DNA from: Azolla caroliniana
Taxonomy: Eukaryota > Plantae > Polypodiophyta
Direction of reading: 5' to 3'
NCBI GenBank assembly: GCA_043228905.1
Contig: JBHGNT010000007.1
Span: 1,364,001 to 1,428,000 of the forward strand
DNA: 64,000 bases
How positions within the stretch are numbered: the stretch's first letter is position 1; each line of letters starts with the position of its first letter. This document shows, piece after piece, positions 10,584 to 23,266 of this stretch. Made by a program: the position numbers and the translations under genes. The notes under the pieces were generated by a model. That model was not told the DNA's origin. It searched no databases and was given only the letters and a program-made list of their open reading frames with translations.

Positions 10584-13500
10584 TTATATATGTTGCTGAG
10601 TACTGAGGATCTCCACCGCCATAGCTAGATCCCCATCTGCAGCATCCATGGCTACTTGAGCTTTCTCCTGAAAAGAACCAAAAGAAAAACAAATATGCAT
10701 TTCCATATATATGATCGAGAGAAAATCAATGACATTCCAATGCTCGTGTGTGTCTTTTTTTTCATCTTGATCACATACATGATACAAAGATTCTAATAAG
10801 GCTAAACAAGTTGAGCTTTGTACTACCAACTCTTGAAAATTAGAGCACAGATTCCAGAATCACAAAACCAACCAATGGAAAATAAGGGTATCTATTCCTT
10901 TACACACCATGAAATCCCCTAGTTCTATGTCCAAGACCAGACCATAGCCATATAGATTATGTCCACCAAAAAAGCTGTCCAAAAACTAATATCTGTGTCT
11001 AGCCTTTATAGATTCCATAAGGTTGCGTAGATACAGTCAAAAAAATGACATCGCAGTCCACATTACCGCTTTCTCTTGAAACTTTAATTATTCCTGAACT
11101 GGATATAGCTCCAAAAAATAATCATCTTTCAGTCACTCCTTCCATTAACCATAATTATATCTCATTAGTTTGTCATGTTAAAGTGCAGTTGAAAAATAGT
11201 AATCTTGCACCCCTTCATCATTTATTTTAGTAACTTTGAGCCTTCTTCTACACACATACTTGTGTTCTTACGTTGTTCTAGCTATTTTCCTGTGGATGCC
11301 ATTGTCGCAAATGATGTATAGCTCCAAAAATAATCATCTTTCAGTCACTCCTTCCATTAACCATAAATATATCTCATTAGATTGTCATGTTAAAGTGAAG
11401 TTTAAAAATAGTAATTTTGCACCCCTTTATCATTTATTTTAATGACTTTGAGCATTTTCTACACACATACTTGTGTTCTTAAGTTGTTCTAGCTATTTTC
11501 CTGTGGATGCCATTGTCACAAATTATGTATAGTGTGTTGGGATTAAAGGCCCTTTAGGTTCCTCTAACTAAACTAGAAAACGAGTTTATATTATTTAATA
11601 TTTTCTATTATTTTTATTGAAGTTGTACAGTCTCGTTTTCAGAGTTGTACTACAACTTCTAAAAGAATATTTTGTAGTTTGATGGGATCTTTGTACAAGA
11701 TTTCCCTCAGCATTAAATAGGTATTTATGAGATCATAACTTAGCTGTCATGTCAGTATTTAACGCTCTTCTTCTAACAGCATATTCTATGTATCTTGGAT
11801 GTGTGTGTGTGTGCACTCCTACCTTGAATATTCTTTTTAAGTGGTAGGCTTTTGTTTTGCAGAGACTGCTTCTATTTCTTTAATCCCTCCTATGTGTTTA
11901 AACCCGTAATTATTTTAGTTTCTATATCTCTGTCTTTAGATATTTTGGTGCTCTCGAGAGACAATGTGCACATTTGCAATTCCAAGAGCCACGGACTAAG
12001 CTATGGTTATTTGATACACTTGTCACACCAACTCTTCTCTATGGAGTAGAGACATGGGGACCGAGTCTTAACAAGGCAAATTATTGGAAAGATTTAGAGA
12101 GAGCTTTAGTATCAATGATTGCTCACATGATAAGGGGCAAAGCGCCGGTGCCCCACGATATAATCCGGGCAGAGAGATGGGAACAGCACCTATAATTACC
12201 GAGACGTTCCATCAGTGACATTTATCCAACGTCTTTGGGAGCTCCCTACACGAAGGTACCCAAGGTTGGCACTTATGTCATCAAAACAACTGGCTGAAAA
12301 TGGAGACATTCATTGTTGGTATGCTGAAATGCAGCAATGGTTCGAGTCACATGGCATGAGTATAAATGCACTACCCCTGTTCCAATATAGCTTGGACTGT
12401 CCCTATCTAAATATGACCAAAGTGGAAAAGAATAGAGTGATCCGAACTGATATTATTAACTTGGAAAACAAGATAACATGGATCAGCCCCAAAATACCAC
12501 TTGGTACAAAGATGGCCCACTATAAGACACACTTCTTACATACATCGAAGGATGGATTTGTCATCAGGCCACCTTATATGGACATACATCTATCCTATGC
12601 GCTGCGTAGTGTGATAGGGCAGCTGCGAACTTCATCACATCAGCTACAGATTGAGGTAGGCAGATATACACGACTACCTCTAGAAGAGAGAATTTGCCAA
12701 TTGTGTCATCAAGGAGTGGAATCTGAAGAACACTATGTTTGTCATTGTAGTGTCTTTTATGAAATCAGAGGGAGATACCATTGACTCTTTAAACAAGGCT
12801 TTGGCCCCCTACGCAAGGTAATGGAATATGAGGACCAACGATGCCTAGGACTTTTATTGCTAGAGCTCAAGAGACATCGGGAAAAGTTGTTGAAGAATAC
12901 AGCCACACAAGCTCATCCACAAAAAAAAATCACAACTTTCTTTAGCCCCATCACTCTTAATGCTAGAAGTCAACCTTGGGATACACAAATGGGCTTCAGA
13001 CCAGGACATAACAAAGGGGTTACAATTGATCGGGCAATGGCAATTTGCCGTGCACGTAGGCCTCGGCCCCATGGACCACGACCTCGACACCCTTGTCATC
13101 GACAGATAAAAGCCATTATCTCCTGCCATCGTAGGTGCTTCCCTCACTTTGGAGACATTTCCATCTGGATCAACCTATGCTAGAGATCTTTCGAAGACCA
13201 AAGCTACAATATACCTAACTTGAGGATCTCACATGTGCCAAAAACCAGATTCCCTCATTTCTTTTCTTTTCATGTTATTTACTTTTATATTTACTGTGTA
13301 ATATTTATTTTATTTTGATTTGTTCTCAAAGACGAGACAACACTTAAGATGTAATCTCTTATTTGGTCTTATAGGCCATTTTGGCCTCTTAAAAGACATT
13401 AATATATCTTTCTTTCTTTCTTACATAGTGAAAGGGGATTCTCATGTATTTTCAAAACTCAATGCTCATTCATGCATCTCTCTGTTTTTTAACTGAACAT

Positions 13501-16500
13501 ATGTGCTCTAAGGCTTTTATGTATCCCTCCACTGGTTTCTCAACCTAAAATACCTTATGTCTCACAGATGAATCAACTTTATGCATCTTACATGCAAGAA
13601 ATTCATTATGCAAATGTTTACTTCAGCATAAATAGAGAAATGTTATCATATGTTTCCTGGTTCTCATTTCTTTTCCTAGTTAGATAGGCATAAAGAGTAA
13701 GGTAACTTTCTTTACTCCACAATGCTGCTTTGTAATACATTATACATGGCCAGTTTTTGGTTTCCATTCCTAATTTACATCAAACTTTATTCAGGTTATT
13801 ACGCAAAATGTGTTTCATACATTTCCTGGCTTTTATCCACCAAACAATTTAACAAGCATAATATATTTTTATGGGAATCGAAAAAAGTAGGCAGCAACAG
13901 CCATAAATACAATGTCAATAAAATAATAATGTAAACAAATGTACCTTGTCAAATCCCATGGCAACTAAGCTTGACAGGGGATCACCATCATGCTGAACAT
14001 CCTAGAAATACATTAGACCATAGAAAAAACATTAGGCGAATAATTACCATTCTGTTTTATAACAGGCAAATAAATTCAAAACAAACACTAACCATGTTTA
14101 TCATGGGGCGAAGTTGAGGAAATCCTTGAACAGACCTACAGAAGCAAGTGAGGAAATGAAGTCATGGTAAATACATAATCCTAGAAATATTTAAACAGAA
14201 CTTTTTGCAAATTTGATCTCAAGTGTCAAGATAAGTAGTATCTAGCAATTCCAAGAGATGATGCCACTTTTGCATTTTCGATTCTCAAAGTTCAAGAACT
14301 CTTTCATTGCTTGAAAATTGTGAAAAAGCATACATCAGTTTAGAAAGGTGATGGATATGAACAATAAAGTAAAGTCATTTTCAGCTATATCGCAAGTAGT
14401 AATTGTTTAGCGTTTATGCAATCAGAGTACTTCCGAGTAAACATCATAAAAGAAAAACAAGAGTCCTTTTGGAGCAGCAAATAAAGCATGATAGGACTTT
14501 ATGAAGGATGTGGAATCTGAATCCAATTTGATTGTATAACATGTCTTTTCAATTTCATCGTCTTCTCTTCTATACCTTCTCTTCTATATGTCTAACTAGT
14601 ACCAAGCACGAGTGTCCAACATGTTAAGGATAAAACAATGTAGAAAGGGGTACAAATTTACAAAGACGTGCACGACCTCGTGGGGATATGTGTGGTTGAA
14701 GGGTTTCAAAGGGGAATCAAGCGAACATTCCATTTCATTCTTCCTTGTTCCTCATTCCAGCTTGGGAAGACTAATTGAGCAGACAATTCTCTGGTTTTCA
14801 ATTGTGAGCATGCATCAAGGGATTACGGAGAGCATAGAAACTGTTCAGGCTAGCCTTGCATATGTTCCCTGCATGTGAATATCCCTTATGCTGAGGCCAA
14901 TAGCCAAGATCCATTGCGAACACCCCTTATGAAATGTCAACAAGTGAAGCAAATACTCCCACCATATTTCCTATATAAAGGAACCCACATATATCTTCAT
15001 GTCATATTTGTATGCTATTCTAGATATATACCTACATTTCTCTCTTATTTTATCGTTCAGATTTTTGTCTAATTGTATCATTAGCACTCTGGCATCTGAC
15101 ATGAACAGCTCAATAAGAAACCCCTCATAAAGCCAACAAGCACTTACCATCATGGTTCTAGATTTAGTTTCGTGCTCCCAATGGCATTGAGGATGCACGA
15201 TGATTCTATTTTCATGGGGTTAATTTTTTACAATATGTCATTCAATTTTCATGTGATTACTATTTTAATGAATTCTCTGTTTGATCTAGGAAGCATATTC
15301 GCGAATCTCACCTAGTTCTAATCTCTATGCATTGGTTCCACTGCAGAATGGGGAGCAGGGAGCAGGGAGCATTAGAAATTTCAGACCCAGGGTAATAAAG
15401 GATATTGCATCCTGGAACTTTTTCTACTTTGGGAAGCTTTTATCATTACTGCTGCCCATACAGATAATAATATCAATTTTTGTGGATGGATTGTATAAAT
15501 AAGCTCCTCAGTTCCCCGTACAGATAGTCATATCAATTTTTTAGTCTATCCAGATTTTGGCCTCTGGACAGTTTTCAGCCTCTTGTCCGATGTCTCCCTC
15601 CACATCACCATCATGTTGATTGAAGCATTGTGTTCTGCTCTGCATGTTCTCTTTGGATTGTTCCTTAGCTTGACGTCAGATATCAAATGCTTGTGCTTTT
15701 TGCTGTAAACAGTAGCCCAAGTCACCAAATGCATGAGTCAAAAGCTTTTCCCACCCCCCCAGTTGTAAATTGTTATTGCCTCGCCAAGAACATATTTGAC
15801 CTGTCAACAACTTCTTTCACACAAGGGCCTAGAGGGTTAAAGGTTATGTTGGTACCCTATACAAGGAGTGCCTAGATAGAACACAAAGCAAGAGATACTA
15901 AAGACAGTGCCATGAATCCAACAGCATTTACATAGGCTTGTCATTCCCAACAGTAGCTCTGGGAATGCCACTATCCCAGAGGTGTTATCTTTACTGCCAA
16001 TACTCATTCATTATGAGAATAGTTGACTGTCATAACCATTAAAAATAGACTTAGGTCTACTTAAAGTTGGATTCCACTATTCACTACATGGATTTAGCAA
16101 ATTACCCATCATCAAGGCTAGAACGGGAATCTAATGTCCAGTAAATAAAATACCAAATGGCAAAATGTTTACAAATATTGACCTTCATGTTGCTCCTCAC
16201 AGGAATGATCAACTATTATTTATTCAAAAATATCCTCTAGATGTAACAACATTCGAATATACCTCAAAAAATCGTTACACCTGTAGCTTGTTCTCAAAAT
16301 CAAGCTTAAGAATATGGCAAATAGTGACATTCTACCTAGAATTTTGGATTGTGGGAGGTTCTGTGTTGGCAGGGATCTCTCTTTCCAATAATCTGGTTTG
16401 CAAACCAGAATCTGCCTCTGGTGCTGCTCTAGTTGAAGATGTTACTCCATCAGCAAGAGTTCGACCCCTCCCTGGAAACCTCTGTAGCATAAAATAGTCA

Positions 16501-19500
16501 TTTATTCCTGAAAGCATAGATTTTGAAAATTTTCTCTATTGAAAGATAGTACCTCATCCACTTGAACCTCTCTTTGGGGAACCCAAGATCTCATGTTTCT
16601 CCAAAGGTTGTCAATGCCATTGCTATTCAAAATGATAATCAATATAAAGTGCAACGCATGTGATATAGACAAAAGTTGTGAGTGACTCCCATTCTATCAT
16701 TACCTGCTTATGGGCGCGGTAGTTGGAAGGGGTGCAGTTGGGACACCACCACCAACGATGAATCCAGGTCTTCTCACACAGCTTGCCTTCAACCACGCAA
16801 TATAAGGTTACAACAATCCAATATCTTTTCTCACTAAAAGGAATGGCTTTAATTTCAAATACGGAATCTTGGGTAAATATAGTGAATACCCAACAAATAA
16901 CAACATCAAAGATAGTGACTTTTAAATATACAACAATGAGAGCAAAACTTGCATGAAAGATGTTAAATGAGGGTTCACTTAAACCCACGAACGCGCACGC
17001 GGAGGTGAGGGTGGGGGGGGGAGGGGAGGGAGAAGATGTCTAATGAAAAAGCAGCAGATGCAACTTTAACGAAAATTGAGTTCTTGAAATGGAAAAGACC
17101 GCAAACTTGTCAGCGGATAGCAACTATCATGGATCAAGCTATCAAGCAAGTTTTCCAAAAGATTGGCTAATGAATTGCATTAAACCAATCCATAGACTAG
17201 GAGATAAAAATTTGTTATCCAACTATCAAGTTATCATGGTTCACTCAGTTATGACCAGGTTATATAGCACTATCATGGAGCAAAAGATTAGCTCATGGGC
17301 TGAACATTATTTGAAACGAGCACGTGGTCAAGAAGGCTTTAGACCAAAACATTCAATTGTCGATCATTTGGTTACACTCAGATTTATCACGGAAGAATTT
17401 TGACTTCAAGGGAAAACACTAAATTGTTGTATTATGGACTTCAAGAAACCCAAGGAGTGCACCTTGGAAACGAATGATAGAGATTGAAAGGCCATTAGAC
17501 TACAGCCCAGCTGTGGCACAATTGTATGAGCAAGTTAGGTGTCAAGCGAAGTACATTTTGAGCAACATGGCATCAAGAAAGGGTGCCCACTCTCTCCCAC
17601 ACTATTTGGTCGAAGAAGTAGTAAACAAGGCTGCAAACGAAGAAGGATTGGATGGCCCAAATATCATGCATGAACTTATTTTTATACTCCTATATGCCAA
17701 TGATGTTATTTAATTCTCATATACTTTGGAGTATGTGTGACACTTACTTGATGTATTGGACACATTCTGTCAAATCAGGCAGCTAACTGTTTAATGTGTG
17801 GACAACAAAAATTATAGCAATAAAGTCAATAAATGATGTCCCACATCAACAAATAGGTAGAATGCTATGAGTCTAGACTTCAAGCAGGTTGGAATAATTA
17901 TTATGTGTTTGAGAATCAATGCAACAAAAGTGATACTCGAAGATAGGAAGTGAGATCGATGCTATTCAATGTTATGGTGATCCAAATGTTGCTTTATGGA
18001 GTGGAAGTGTAGGATTGGACTATCTCACTTAGTGCATGCAATGAAATAGAGAAAATCCAAACAATTATTCTTACCTAAACAATTGGGGGTAAATTATTCT
18101 TAGCTGCCATGCTACTAGAAACAAGTGTTAGGCCCACCGAGGTACTTGCCATGCAAAGAATATACAAGTATATCTCAAAGTCAAGAATATGTTTGATCAT
18201 AGATTGCCAAAACAAGCCTGGAACATATGATGCAAGGTACAAAAAAACTAATAAAAGCGAAATCTTCTCATCTGGTTGGGTGCTTGACATTATGAAATGC
18301 TTTACAAGATGGAGAGTAAAAGATCTATTGAAGCTCTCAACTTATGCTATGAAGTATGTGATCATCAAGGATAGATTATTAGAGACACTAAATGGCAAGA
18401 TGCTAAAACGTCAAAATTGGAATATTACATTGCAAATATTAACCAATCCCAATACAAAGTAAAAATGTCAGAATGTATCCGATCACATCACTACCTCATG
18501 AGCCTTGGCTCTTAGAGAGCCTTAATACTTCATCGAACTCGCTCACACAAGTTAGGTGTTGAGGTAGCATCATGGCATCATCGCCCATGTATGAAGATAC
18601 TCAAGGTATGCAATGAAAACCTACTGGAGGATTTATAGTACTTACTTATCGCATGCTCAGGGTATAAAGTAATTAGCTAGAAATATGATAATATGTTAGA
18701 CGGGCATGATAATGTAAGTGGCATACTCAAATGTCCACCAAGAAGGGGAAGCACATATGGGAGTGCATTATTTTCATTTACTGCAGAGTAGTAACCCCTC
18801 TTCTTAGGAAGGAATCACATACAAGATGATATGTTCATTTGGTCCCATAGGTCAAAATTGGCCTCCTCATGGACGATAAAACATCTATTCTATTCTATTC
18901 TACCATTAGTAAATGCCATTTAAAGTTCACCTGTACTCACAGAACCAATGTTTGTCAACCTACCATTATCCAAGAGTTCTCAATTGCAGAATAAGTTGGT
19001 GATCCAAAAAGAAATGGATTAAAGAGGCCATAAGTATCTGTATGAAATACATACAATCAGAACATAATAAATAAATAGAATAAGAAGCTAAAAAAAGTCA
19101 CATTTTAGCTATCTCAAGTAACAATTCTCCTAAACAATTTTACAATAGTAGATAAGAAATGAACTGACATGCAAACCCTGATAGTATGCCGCATAGATGT
19201 CCCAATAAAGACACATTAGGCATCAAGATCTGGAATAGTATGAGTAAAATCCAAGCATACCTGCAAAACATTTGTATTCAAACCCATTTGGCACAAAACT
19301 GCATCAAATAGGGAAGTTGGTTACCTAATAAGAATGGTAACTCACCATTTTGCAGGAACATTAAAAAGACCAAAAATGCTGCCAGTCAAAAGAAGAAAGT
19401 TAAAGGCATAACTGACAAAATTTACAAAGTTAAATCGAGCTAACCCTACTTTTACCTGCGATGTTGTGCTCCACTTAGACTTGTTTCCATGACTATCATG

Positions 19501-21528
19501 GCAAATATCATACCAGAAAATCCAACACTGCACTGGTACATTAGGGAGTTGTATGGATGAATTGGGTTGTGAGCAATAACAAGGGCAATGAGCAAATGTA
19601 GTATTCCATTGCTTGTTGCGATCAGAAACAAGATATGGAAGTATCTGACAGATCCCAAGATTCTCTCAAGGGCACTACCAATGGGCACTAATGCCATCAT
19701 GTTGAACAGCACATGTAAAATTGAAACATGGAATATTGTTGCTGTATAAGCCCTGTACACTGAAATATTGCCACAAATTTAGGAAACTGAAGAAAAGAAG
19801 ACAAATTTCCGCCTCCATCATTATAGTAGAATTTACCTTCGTAGTGTGAAGTAACTGCCCCTGGAAGGAAACACACTTGGACAAAGGAATCATAGCCAGT
19901 GAGCAAACATATAGCATATATGGCTCCACAAACAATGACAATTATTCCTGTAATGAAAGGTATTGATGTCCACCATTGTGATACCCTTGTGCCAAAGCTT
20001 GCCTGAAACAGGTCATATTTTATCAAGCCACATAATGTGTTGCCTTTATTCTTTTGGAGCAATTACATGTCTATGCAGGTACTTTATTTCATCATTTCCA
20101 GTTATTTAACGAGCAACAAAGCTATCTCAATTATGAATTCCATATTTGTTCTATAGGAAAGTAATAAAAAATCATAAGTATCTCTTGCAAAATTGAAGAC
20201 CAACAATTTATCAATTGTAGCAGTAAATTTACCACAAACATAATATAAGGATCCAATGTCTTCTTAATGTTCTTAACAGGTTATCTTATCATTAAAAGTA
20301 ATCACCCACGTGAATACAAACATTTCTCATTTTCACCCAATAAATAGAAATTGATGACCTTTTTTGATGTCTCAATATAAGAAAAGGCTGGTATCATCCT
20401 ATGTGATTCTGCAGAATATTAAACCATGTTTACAGAGCAAGCACTTGGGTTCTGATATATTGCCCATGATTTAAAGATACCTCAGAAAAACTAGTAAAGT
20501 TATTCAACAAAACCAAGTGGAAGTCGCCACTGATTCAGGTAATATTCTTTTTCATTCCCTAAAAGAGAACTGATCCTTACCTGTTTTGCTTGATTTTTTT
20601 CAAATTCTTCTTATTTGTAAACGCAATACAATATGTGCATTAGAAGCTTGATTAATAATGCTTCCTCATATTTCTGTTCTTTGTTGTTTACTGATGTTTT
20701 GTTTAATTGGGCAATACATTAACAATATCAAACCTCTTCCTTTTAATGTAACCTCTTCCACTCAATATGATGAGATACAATTACATCATTTTTATACATT
20801 AGTAAAAATACTTTTCCCTCATAGGTTATTTTCACCTTTTGTAAATTATATTATTGCAGACTTTCTTTCCTTCTTTCTTTCTTTGTCATTACAGTATGTG
20901 ATAGTCACCCAAACAGGCTAAAAGATAATGATTCTTGCGTACATGTTAGGTATTAACTCATTTGGACTAATCTTTCAATTATTTAATGTCTTAAACTCAT
21001 TGTTAGTAAATATTACTTGTAATGTCTTATTTTAATGTAGCCAAAAGTTTGAACGAAACCTTGGTCACAAAAATGTCGCCAAAAGTTTCCAATATCAATG
21101 TTCATATAGCAATAAATGGCCCAAATTTGTTTTCTTTATATTCGTAAAACTCACCTGTGGCCTAAATTAATTCCTTAATAATTTCTAGAAATGGGCAGCA
21201 GTGATTCATTCATTAAAAACTCAAAAATGGTCTTGAAATAGGATCATCTTGAGATCTCTAAACCCCCATCCTGCTGTTTAATTAACTTAAGAAACGTATC
21301 TCTAGAAGAAATCAGAAGTTATAGGGTGTTTTTTATGTTTTTAATGCATTGTTTGCATTGTTTCTTAGAGAAGGGTAGTCTAGATTGATTCATTAACACT
21401 CAGAGGTGGGCTTCAAATGGATGGCCTTCAGATATATATATATATATATATATTTCAGGAAGGAATACAAATTGAAAGAAATAGCTTGATTAGTTTCTAC
21501 ACACCTCTGAGATGATATTCGGCCTCAT
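10584..21528 (-). CDS. RBL15: Rhomboid-like intramembrane serine protease with C-terminal UBA domain (RBL15-like), 12 coding exons
   Basis: Minus-strand exons: 21528-21505 (MRPNIISE), 20002-19837, 19759-19456, 19378-19346, 19260-19169, 19037-18964, 16786-16704, 16622-16553, 16481-16336, 14135-14093, 14001-13945, 10667-10584. All are GT-AG with consistent phase. Motifs: HVLFNM, catalytic GFSG and GHLCG, an FPGRGRTL SHP-box-like motif, and UBA (LVAMGFDK...AADGDLAMAVEIL). Matches the Arabidopsis RBL15 architecture as I recall it. Confidence 0.92.
11105..11532. repeat. Tandem duplication of about 213 bp in an RBL15 intron
   Basis: Two near-identical copies beginning ATAGCTCCAAAAA(A)TAATCATCTTTCAGTC at about 11105 and 11318. 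Confidence 0.9.
11945..13422 (+). mobile_element. 5'-truncated non-LTR retrotransposon (LINE, RTEX/L2-like ORF2 C-terminus), antisense in an RBL15 intron
   Basis: Post-RT motifs LFDTLVTPTLLYGVETWG and LRTSSHQLQIEVGRY...ERICQLC...EEHYVCHC, with a frameshift and a stop. Ends in a (TTTC)n tail at about 13408-13422. The clade assignment is tentative. Confidence 0.85.
17040..18902 (+). mobile_element. Degenerate 5'-truncated LINE (RT domain plus C-terminus), antisense in an RBL15 intron
   Basis: RT motifs PIHRLGD...NY, QEGFRPKHSIVDHL, DFKK and LLYANDV (a YADD relic), then LLYGVEV. Many stops. Ends in a (TATTC)n tail. Confidence 0.85.
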
Positions 21529-21675
21529 ATTCGGTCTTCTTTATCCCGCTTCTAAAGACTGCTTTCGCTCTCGCTCTCCATCTGTGTGTGTCTTTGTTTC
21601 TTGTTTAGGCAACGCTACACATATTTGGCCTCCCTCATTTAGTAAGTGCTGTGAAAATAGCCCTACACTTATCTG

Positions 21676-22075
21676 AAATTACAACATTAGCCCATCTCTA
21701 CTATGTATGTACATAGATAATCCCATGGCTCTTTTTCTTTACTTTTCCACAGACCTTGGAGCATTGCATTCCTACACATAGAGTCAAGTTGGATCACATG
21801 ACTCTATCTGTCATGTCTATAGAGTTGCTTTGCTCCAGATGCTCTGCCCAAAGACCGATCATACATTGCCCCCGCCTTCGACTTATTTGAAATTACACGA
21901 TTAGCCCATCTCTAGTATGTATGTATGTAGATTGTCCCATGGTTGTTTTTCTTTACTTTTCCACAAATGCAAGAGCAATGCATTGCAACACGTAAGAGTC
22001 AAATTGGATCACATGACTCTTATCTGTCTACAAAGCTACTCTACTACAGATGCTCTGTCCAAACACCAATACATT
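21676..22075. repeat. Diverged tandem duplication of about 210 bp upstream of RBL15
   Basis: GAAATTAC..ATTAGCCCATCTCTA.TATGTATGT...TTGGATCACATGACTCT...CAGATGCTCTG occurs twice (about 21676 and 21890). Confidence 0.75.
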
Positions 22076-23026
22076 GTTCGCCTTGACAAAATGTAAAGGA
22101 TTAGGCACTTGTGTCTCCCGAACTACAATGAAGACGCTACAATGCTAGTGTGCATCTCCTCATTTGGAAAAAGAAGTCACATATGAGTGTCATAAATTTG
22201 CCAACTCAACAAACTCTTCACAAACGCCATCTTGCTCTCCTTGTCTTCTTTCTTTTTGTTGTACAAAACGACACAGATATGTTTACCCCGATGGTAAGTC
22301 ATTTGGTTATGAACCTGACGTTGTTGGCTCGAATTCTTTGTACTTCTCACAAATTGAGTTGCACACCATGCATAATTGCTCATCGATTACATGCCCATAA
22401 TTGTGTCGAAAATTAATGACACAATGATCTCAACTATAACCCCTCTCTCCATATGCTCGCTCCTCTTCTTTTTTCATATAAAACGTTGTTATAAGAAAGG
22501 AATCACCATCGTGTGTCACAATTCTTTGTAGGATTGTCCCAAGTCGTAACATTACTGGTTTCCCACTTATCCTACCCTTAAACCGTTAACTTTAGCTTTA
22601 GAATCGGTCCCCGAGGTTATGCTTATAACGTAATTATGCCTTGGTGCTAGATAATATTCTACTCACACATGCATTCAAGTTCAAATCATGCTATATGTAT
22701 TGATTTGTTGAATGTCATAGTAGAACACATGGTTTTGACACATTAGTTCTTTGTAAAATGACCTTACAAACAATGTTACAACTACATATGTCTCTCAACA
22801 TTCCCAAAAACACACAATCATTCACTATACTTCCCATTGTTAATTACCCGTTATTTTTTAATGCTCGAACCTCGTAGACCATGTTGTTGGCCTCTCAACA
22901 ATTATATAACTTCGTCAACATCAATCATTTCATATTCTTTTATTTCTCAAGTAAATTTATACATTTAGGTTCACAATTTAGGAGATACTAAAAAAGAGCA
23001 TCCCAACGAACGTCGATGATATGGTT

Positions 23027-23266
23027 ACACATGCAACTTGATTTTATGTCTATCTAGCAACACATAGAACAAAAGAGAATATAGTAACATAAACAAGACT
23101 CCAATTTGTTAGATGCACCTTATATTCATATAGATTTAAGCTTGATTTTACACATGCAACTTGATTTTATGTCTATCTAGCAACACATAGAACAAAAGAG
23201 AATATAGTAACATAAACAAGACTCCAATTTGTTAGATGCACCTTATATTCATATAGATTTAAGCTT
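23027..23266. repeat. Near-perfect 122-bp tandem duplication
   Basis: TACACATGCAACTTGATTTT...AGATTTAAGCTT at 23027 and 23149. Confidence 0.9.
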
